Source: Flavobacteriaceae bacterium
GTDB lineage: Bacteria; Bacteroidota; Bacteroidia; Flavobacteriales; Flavobacteriaceae
Direction of reading: 5' to 3'
NCBI GenBank assembly: GCA_038134285.1
Contig: JAYPUW010000005.1
Span: 77,672-141,671 of the forward strand
Length of the DNA: 64,000 nucleotides
This document shows, in pieces, positions 57,462 through 64,000 of the stretch. The notes beneath the pieces were generated by a model that was not told the DNA's origin, did no database searches, and was given only the letters and a program-made list of their open reading frames with translations. Numbering within the stretch: the first letter of the stretch is position 1; every line of letters starts with the position of its first letter. The position numbers were made by a program, and so were the translations under genes.

Positions 57462-58654
57462 TGGTCGATAAAATCACTCCAAAGTGACTTTGCGAGTTGA
57501 TGTTTGGACTGAAGCGGAAAATCAGAATGCGATCCATCTTTTTTGTAAAGTGTCACCTTGTTTGTATCCGGGCCGAAACCAGCTCCAGAATCACTTAATG
57601 TATTGTAAACAATTGCATCAAGTTTTTTGACCTTCATTTTCGATAGGGCTTTTGAAGGATCATTCTCGCTCTCTAGGGCAAAACCTACCACCACCTGGCT
57701 ATTCTTCATGGGGATTATGCCAGCAAGAATATCTCTTGTACGGACGAGATTTAAGGATAATTTCTCTTCTCCTTTTTTAAGTTTATGCTGATAGGTTTCT
57801 TCAAAGGTGTAATCAGCAACAGCTGCGGAGGCAATAAAAATATCTACATCAGAAAAATGCTCCATCACCTGATCGAACATTTCAGCAGCGGTATTAATGT
57901 AAATACAGTTTATTCCTTCTGGCAACGCTATTGGACAAACAGGACCACTAATCAATGTCACCTCAGCGCCCAATTGGTAGGCTCTTAGGGCCATCTCATA
58001 CCCCATTGTACCGGTTGAATGATTCGACATAAAGCGCACCGGGTCAAGCGGTTCACGGGTAGGACCAGCATTGATCAATACTTTTTTCTGATACAGAGGA
58101 GCCTCTGCTTGCAGACGATCAATAAGCTGCTCGACAATCGATTCCGGTTCAGCCATACGACCTTCTCCTTCTAGGCCAGAAGCTAGGAATCCTGAGGTCG
58201 CAGGAATTACTTCAACACCTCTAGATCTCAATACTGAAAGATTCTCATGAGTAGCCGGATGGGCATACATATCAAGATCCATAGCTGGAGCTACAACAAC
58301 CTTACAACTCGATGACATGTAGGCAGCAAGCAATAAATTATCGCAGGAGCCAGAAACCATTTTCGACAAAGTATTAGACGTTAGCGGGGCTATTAAGAAG
58401 AGGTCGGTCCACTTAGCCAATTCAACGTGATTGTTCCACTTTAGGGTTCCGTCAGCCTCATCAACAAAATCAAGGTAGACATGATTTTGACTGAGAGTGC
58501 TTAGGGTTAATGGACTAACAAAATCCTTGGCTGCTGATGTCATAATCACCTTAACCTGCGCTCCTTGACGTATGAGAAGGCGGACTAGAAAAGTAGTTTT
58601 GTAAGCGGCTATTCCGCCAGTGACTCCAAGCAGAATATGTTTTCCCGCAAGCAT
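57452..58654 (-). CDS. coaBC: Bifunctional phosphopantothenoylcysteine decarboxylase / phosphopantothenate--cysteine ligase
   Basis: It has the flavoprotein N-domain (ILLGVTGGIAAYK, APAMDLDM) and the CoaB C-domain (NAGPTREPLDPVRFMSNHSTG, AAVADY). I prefer Met-23 at 58654 (MLAGKHILLG). The track start 58720 would overlap the omega-subunit gene. Confidence 0.9.
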   Translation of the reverse strand: MLAGKHILLGVTGGIAAYKTTFLVRLLIRQGAQVKVIMTSAAKDFVSPLTLSTLSQNHVYLDFVDEADGTLKWNNHVELAKWTDLFLIAPLTSNTLSKMVSGSCDNLLLAAYMSSSCKVVVAPAMDLDMYAHPATHENLSVLRSRGVEVIPATSGFLASGLEGEGRMAEPESIVEQLIDRLQAEAPLYQKKVLINAGPTREPLDPVRFMSNHSTGTMGYEMALRAYQLGAEVTLISGPVCPIALPEGINCIYINTAAEMFDQVMEHFSDVDIFIASAAVADYTFEETYQHKLKKGEEKLSLNLVRTRDILAGIIPMKNSQVVVGFALESENDPSKALSKMKVKKLDAIVYNTLSDSGAGFGPDTNKVTLYKKDGSHSDFPLQSKHQLAKSLWSDFIDQWF

Positions 58655-58664
58655 AAGAAGCTTT

Positions 58665-58982
58665 TTACTCCTCTGTAAGGGTGTTTCTGTAGTAGATACG
58701 GTCGTTAAGCCATTCTTCAATAGCCATGGCGTGTGGTTTTGGCATTTTTTCGTAGAACTTAGATACTTCGATCTGCTCTTTGTTCTCGAATACCTCCTCT
58801 AAACTGTCCGTGTAGGTAGCAAACTCTTCAAGCTTATCTACAAGCTCCTTTTTGATCTCAGCATTGATCTGAACTGAGCGTTTTGCAACAATCGATAATG
58901 CCTCGTAGATGTTAGAGGTTTTTTGGTCTAAAACGTTCTTGTCGAAGGTTTTAGTTGTAAGTGCAGCTTTAGTTTCTTTCAC
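58665..58982 (-). CDS. rpoZ: DNA-directed RNA polymerase subunit omega (long Bacteroidetes form)
   Basis: 105 aa. It has an omega-like core (NIYEALSIVAKRSVQIN). The position between bamD and coaBC is conserved, as I recall it for Flavobacteriia. Confidence 0.65.
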   Translation of the reverse strand: MKETKAALTTKTFDKNVLDQKTSNIYEALSIVAKRSVQINAEIKKELVDKLEEFATYTDSLEEVFENKEQIEVSKFYEKMPKPHAMAIEEWLNDRIYYRNTLTEE

Positions 58983-58993
58983 GATAGCCTTAA

Positions 58994-59818
58994 TTAATTC
59001 AGCGAATTTACAAATTCTAATCCGGATTGTATCTTGGAATGGTAATATTCCACTTCCTCGTCAAATTTAGAGCGCTCGTAATACCTTTTAAAATCTTTGT
59101 AGTAGTCTAAGGCTTCTTCATAGCGCTCCATCATTCTGTTTGCTGTAGAATTCTCTGCTAAAACGGTAGCAGATTTAATACGGATAAACAGTGCCTCTTC
59201 TTTAAAAATTGAACCTGGATATTCAATGATAAAATTATTAAGCGATTTAATCGATGAAAATAAGACCGGAAGGTTAAATTCTCCTAGATTATCGTATTGC
59301 TTCGCAATCTCAAAGGCTTTGCGCTCTTTTTTAATCTTCAATTCTTGAACAAACTCGTTGGCTCTTTTGAAATATTCTGAGTTCGGATAGTTGTTGATGA
59401 AGTTTTGGAGCTTTTCTAAGGCCTTATCTGTATCTGTTTGATCTAAACTGAATCGAGGGCTCATATGATAATAACTCTCTGCCTCAAGGAAACTCGCTTC
59501 TTCTCGCTTATCACTATTGGGATACGCTTTGATAAAACGTTCAAACTGATAGCTCGAAAGGTAGTAGGCTCTGGTTTTGAATTGTGCATCGGCGAAGAAG
59601 AAACTCAAACGCTCTCCTTGTGGTCGACCTGCATATTTAGGAGCAATTAATTCGTAAAGGCGCTTGGCTTTTAGGTAATCCTCTTCTTGATAATACCGAT
59701 TCGCCAGCTCATACATTTCTGTCAAATCGTTATTCTTAAGTACCTGTTGGTATTCGCTGCACGAGGTTAGGAGCATTAACCCTATTGCAGCCATAAACGG
59801 TAAAGACCTCAAACTCAT
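58994..59818 (-). CDS. bamD: Outer membrane protein assembly factor BamD (TPR lipoprotein)
   Basis: 274 aa with a lipoprotein signal (LLTSC). TPR-like repeats carry the YxxA/YP pattern (YYQEEDYLKA, IKAYPNS, INNYPNS, IIEYPGS). Confidence 0.75.
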   Translation of the reverse strand: MSLRSLPFMAAIGLMLLTSCSEYQQVLKNNDLTEMYELANRYYQEEDYLKAKRLYELIAPKYAGRPQGERLSFFFADAQFKTRAYYLSSYQFERFIKAYPNSDKREEASFLEAESYYHMSPRFSLDQTDTDKALEKLQNFINNYPNSEYFKRANEFVQELKIKKERKAFEIAKQYDNLGEFNLPVLFSSIKSLNNFIIEYPGSIFKEEALFIRIKSATVLAENSTANRMMERYEEALDYYKDFKRYYERSKFDEEVEYYHSKIQSGLEFVNSLN

Positions 59819-59835
59819 GGGGCAAAATTAAACTT

Positions 59836-60720
59836 TTAAACCGTAATAGATCGTAGTTTTTGCAATTCCGCACCAATTCGAAGTGCTAAATCTGACGTTG
59901 CCGGCACAAGGGGTAGTCGGACATTCGGAAGTAGGTCGCTTTGCTTCGATAACAGCGCCTTAATTCCTGTAGGATTTCCTTGCTCAAAGATCAAATCAAT
60001 CATAGGTAAAATCGCGTGGTGTAAGCCTAAAGCAGCCTCATCTTTTTGCAAAGCCAGTTTAACCGCTGCTACCGTGTAATCTGTCATTCCTTGACCTATA
60101 ACAGAAATAACGCCATTAGCCCCATTTAAAATAGATGGTATAGCCGTTGAATCATCGCCAGATAACACACTAAATCCTTCTGGAGCATGCTTCGTTAAGG
60201 CATCTATTTGCGCATAATCGCCGCAAGCTTCTTTAATTCCGATGATTTGAGAGAAAGAATACGCTAACTCTAAAACAGTTTGAGAAGTCATGTTTACTCC
60301 TGTTCGAGAAGGAACATTGTAAAGAATTACTGGAAGTGGAGAGGCTAAAGCAACATCAGTATAATGAGCAACTAAACCTTGTTGAGAAGGCTTGTTGTAA
60401 TAAGGAGTGACCGATAAAATGGCATCAAATCGAAGTGCGTCTAATTGCTGTAGTTCAGCACATAAGCTTTTAGTAGCATTAGAACCCATTCCTAAAACAA
60501 GAGGTACACGTTTTTCATTAGCCTCAGTAACTATAGAAAGTACGCGCTGTTTTTCTTTAGCGGTAAGCGTTGGAGTTTCTGCCGTCGTGCCAAGGGCCAC
60601 TATATAGTCTACTCCTTCGTTAATAACACGATCGGTGAGTTGACTCAGGGCTAGCTCGTCAATTTCGTCTTGTTGCGTGAATGGCGTAATCAATGCCACG
60701 CCTAAACCATTAAGATTCAT
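59836..60720 (-). CDS. dapA: 4-hydroxy-tetrahydrodipicolinate synthase
   Basis: Motifs GVALITPF, GTTAETPTL and YNVPSRTG are present, with the Schiff-base lysine in GIKEA. I prefer the ATG at 60720. The track start 60744 is a TTG lying inside the predicted -7 box. Confidence 0.92.
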   Translation of the reverse strand: MNLNGLGVALITPFTQQDEIDELALSQLTDRVINEGVDYIVALGTTAETPTLTAKEKQRVLSIVTEANEKRVPLVLGMGSNATKSLCAELQQLDALRFDAILSVTPYYNKPSQQGLVAHYTDVALASPLPVILYNVPSRTGVNMTSQTVLELAYSFSQIIGIKEACGDYAQIDALTKHAPEGFSVLSGDDSTAIPSILNGANGVISVIGQGMTDYTVAAVKLALQKDEAALGLHHAILPMIDLIFEQGNPTGIKALLSKQSDLLPNVRLPLVPATSDLALRIGAELQKLRSITV

Positions 60721-60741
60721 AACGTGTAGTTTTGAACACAA

Positions 60742-60749
60742 CAAATTTA
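60742..60749 (-). promoter_or_regulatory. Candidate -7 promoter box (TAAATTTG) for dapA
   Basis: A perfect TAnnTTTG on the - strand ends 21 nt upstream of the ATG at 60720. Confidence 0.4.
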
Positions 60750-60831
60750 TACGCTATTTAACCTTAGGCCTGAGACCTCACTTAAATAAATAAGTGATTT
60801 AGGGAGTTATTCACAGGTTTTTATCAAAACG

Positions 60832-63693
<2,862 letters not shown>

Positions 63694-63697
<4 letters not shown>

Positions 63698-64000
63698 AAG
63701 TCTTTTATCAAGTGTATGGGGCAAGAGCAATGTCCTGTGCTTCCGAGCGGACCTGGCAATGGCTTAAACCCTATCTTCTCGTATAGTTTTTGTGCCGAAA
63801 TCATTGACTCTAAGGTTTCTATGTACGCCTTCTTATACCCCTCAGCCCTAGCCTGCTCCATAACATGCTCTATCAAACGTCTACCCCAGCCTTTTCCTCT
63901 AATTGCGCTATCGAAGTACATCTTTTGAATTTCACAGGTAGTTTCCTCTGCTCCAGGCAAATCTCCGTATCCACCACCTCCATATAGTTTGAATCCATCG
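63694..64000 (-). CDS. GNAT-family N-acetyltransferase; 5' end lies outside the window
   Basis: The reading frame stays open to the window edge. The acetyl-CoA binding motif A is present (RGKGWGRRLIEHVMEQAR), followed by the KLYEKIGF motif. Confidence 0.7.

Overview
This is a dense, almost gap-free stretch of core chromosome from an AT-rich Bacteroidota genome (about 40% GC by eye, not computed). It looks Flavobacteriia-like. The evidence is the ftsK-lolA, holA-HsdR_N and dapA-bamD-rpoZ-coaBC-(DUF4835-like)-recN neighbourhoods, perfect TAnnTTTG -7 boxes in front of several genes, no Shine-Dalgarno signals, and many 1-13 nt gene overlaps.

I call 55 protein-coding genes, two of them cut by the window edges. 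I also call one tRNA-Ser(UGA) and one small SRP (4.5S) RNA that the ORF track cannot show, plus a few intrinsic terminators and -7 promoter boxes. The content is housekeeping:
- DNA replication and repair: holA, uvrD-type helicase, recG, ftsK, recN, ligA.
- Proteostasis: dnaK, clpB, smpB, pcm.
- Cofactor and amino-acid metabolism: ribB, panB, coaBC, coaE, glyA, sdaA, dapA, lpd.
- tRNA modification: tilS, miaA, a pseudouridine synthase, prmC.
- Envelope: OmpA-like, LolA-like, LptF/G, BamD, two GT2 glycosyltransferases.

I found no transposase, integrase, phage gene, CRISPR array, complete restriction-modification system, toxin-antitoxin pair or other accessory or defence island. I do not see a convincing undescribed multi-gene system here.

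The leads worth a second look are small-scale:
1. The SRP RNA abuts the start codon of the next gene.
2. The tRNA-Ser trailer carries a duplicated half-terminator and a 16-nt long-range complement.
3. A cluster of dyad symmetries lies in the glyA-clpB intergenic region, with an orphan TetR regulator wedged between clpB and smpB.
4. Three proteins carry visibly degenerate catalytic or binding domains: a RibB fused to a cysteine-free GTP-cyclohydrolase-II-like domain, a DEDDh exonuclease with a GIY-YIG-like tail, and an OmpA-like paralogue.
5. A five-gene string with overlapping start and stop codons contains a DUF1015-like protein.

All protein calls come from by-eye motif recognition. No searches were run.
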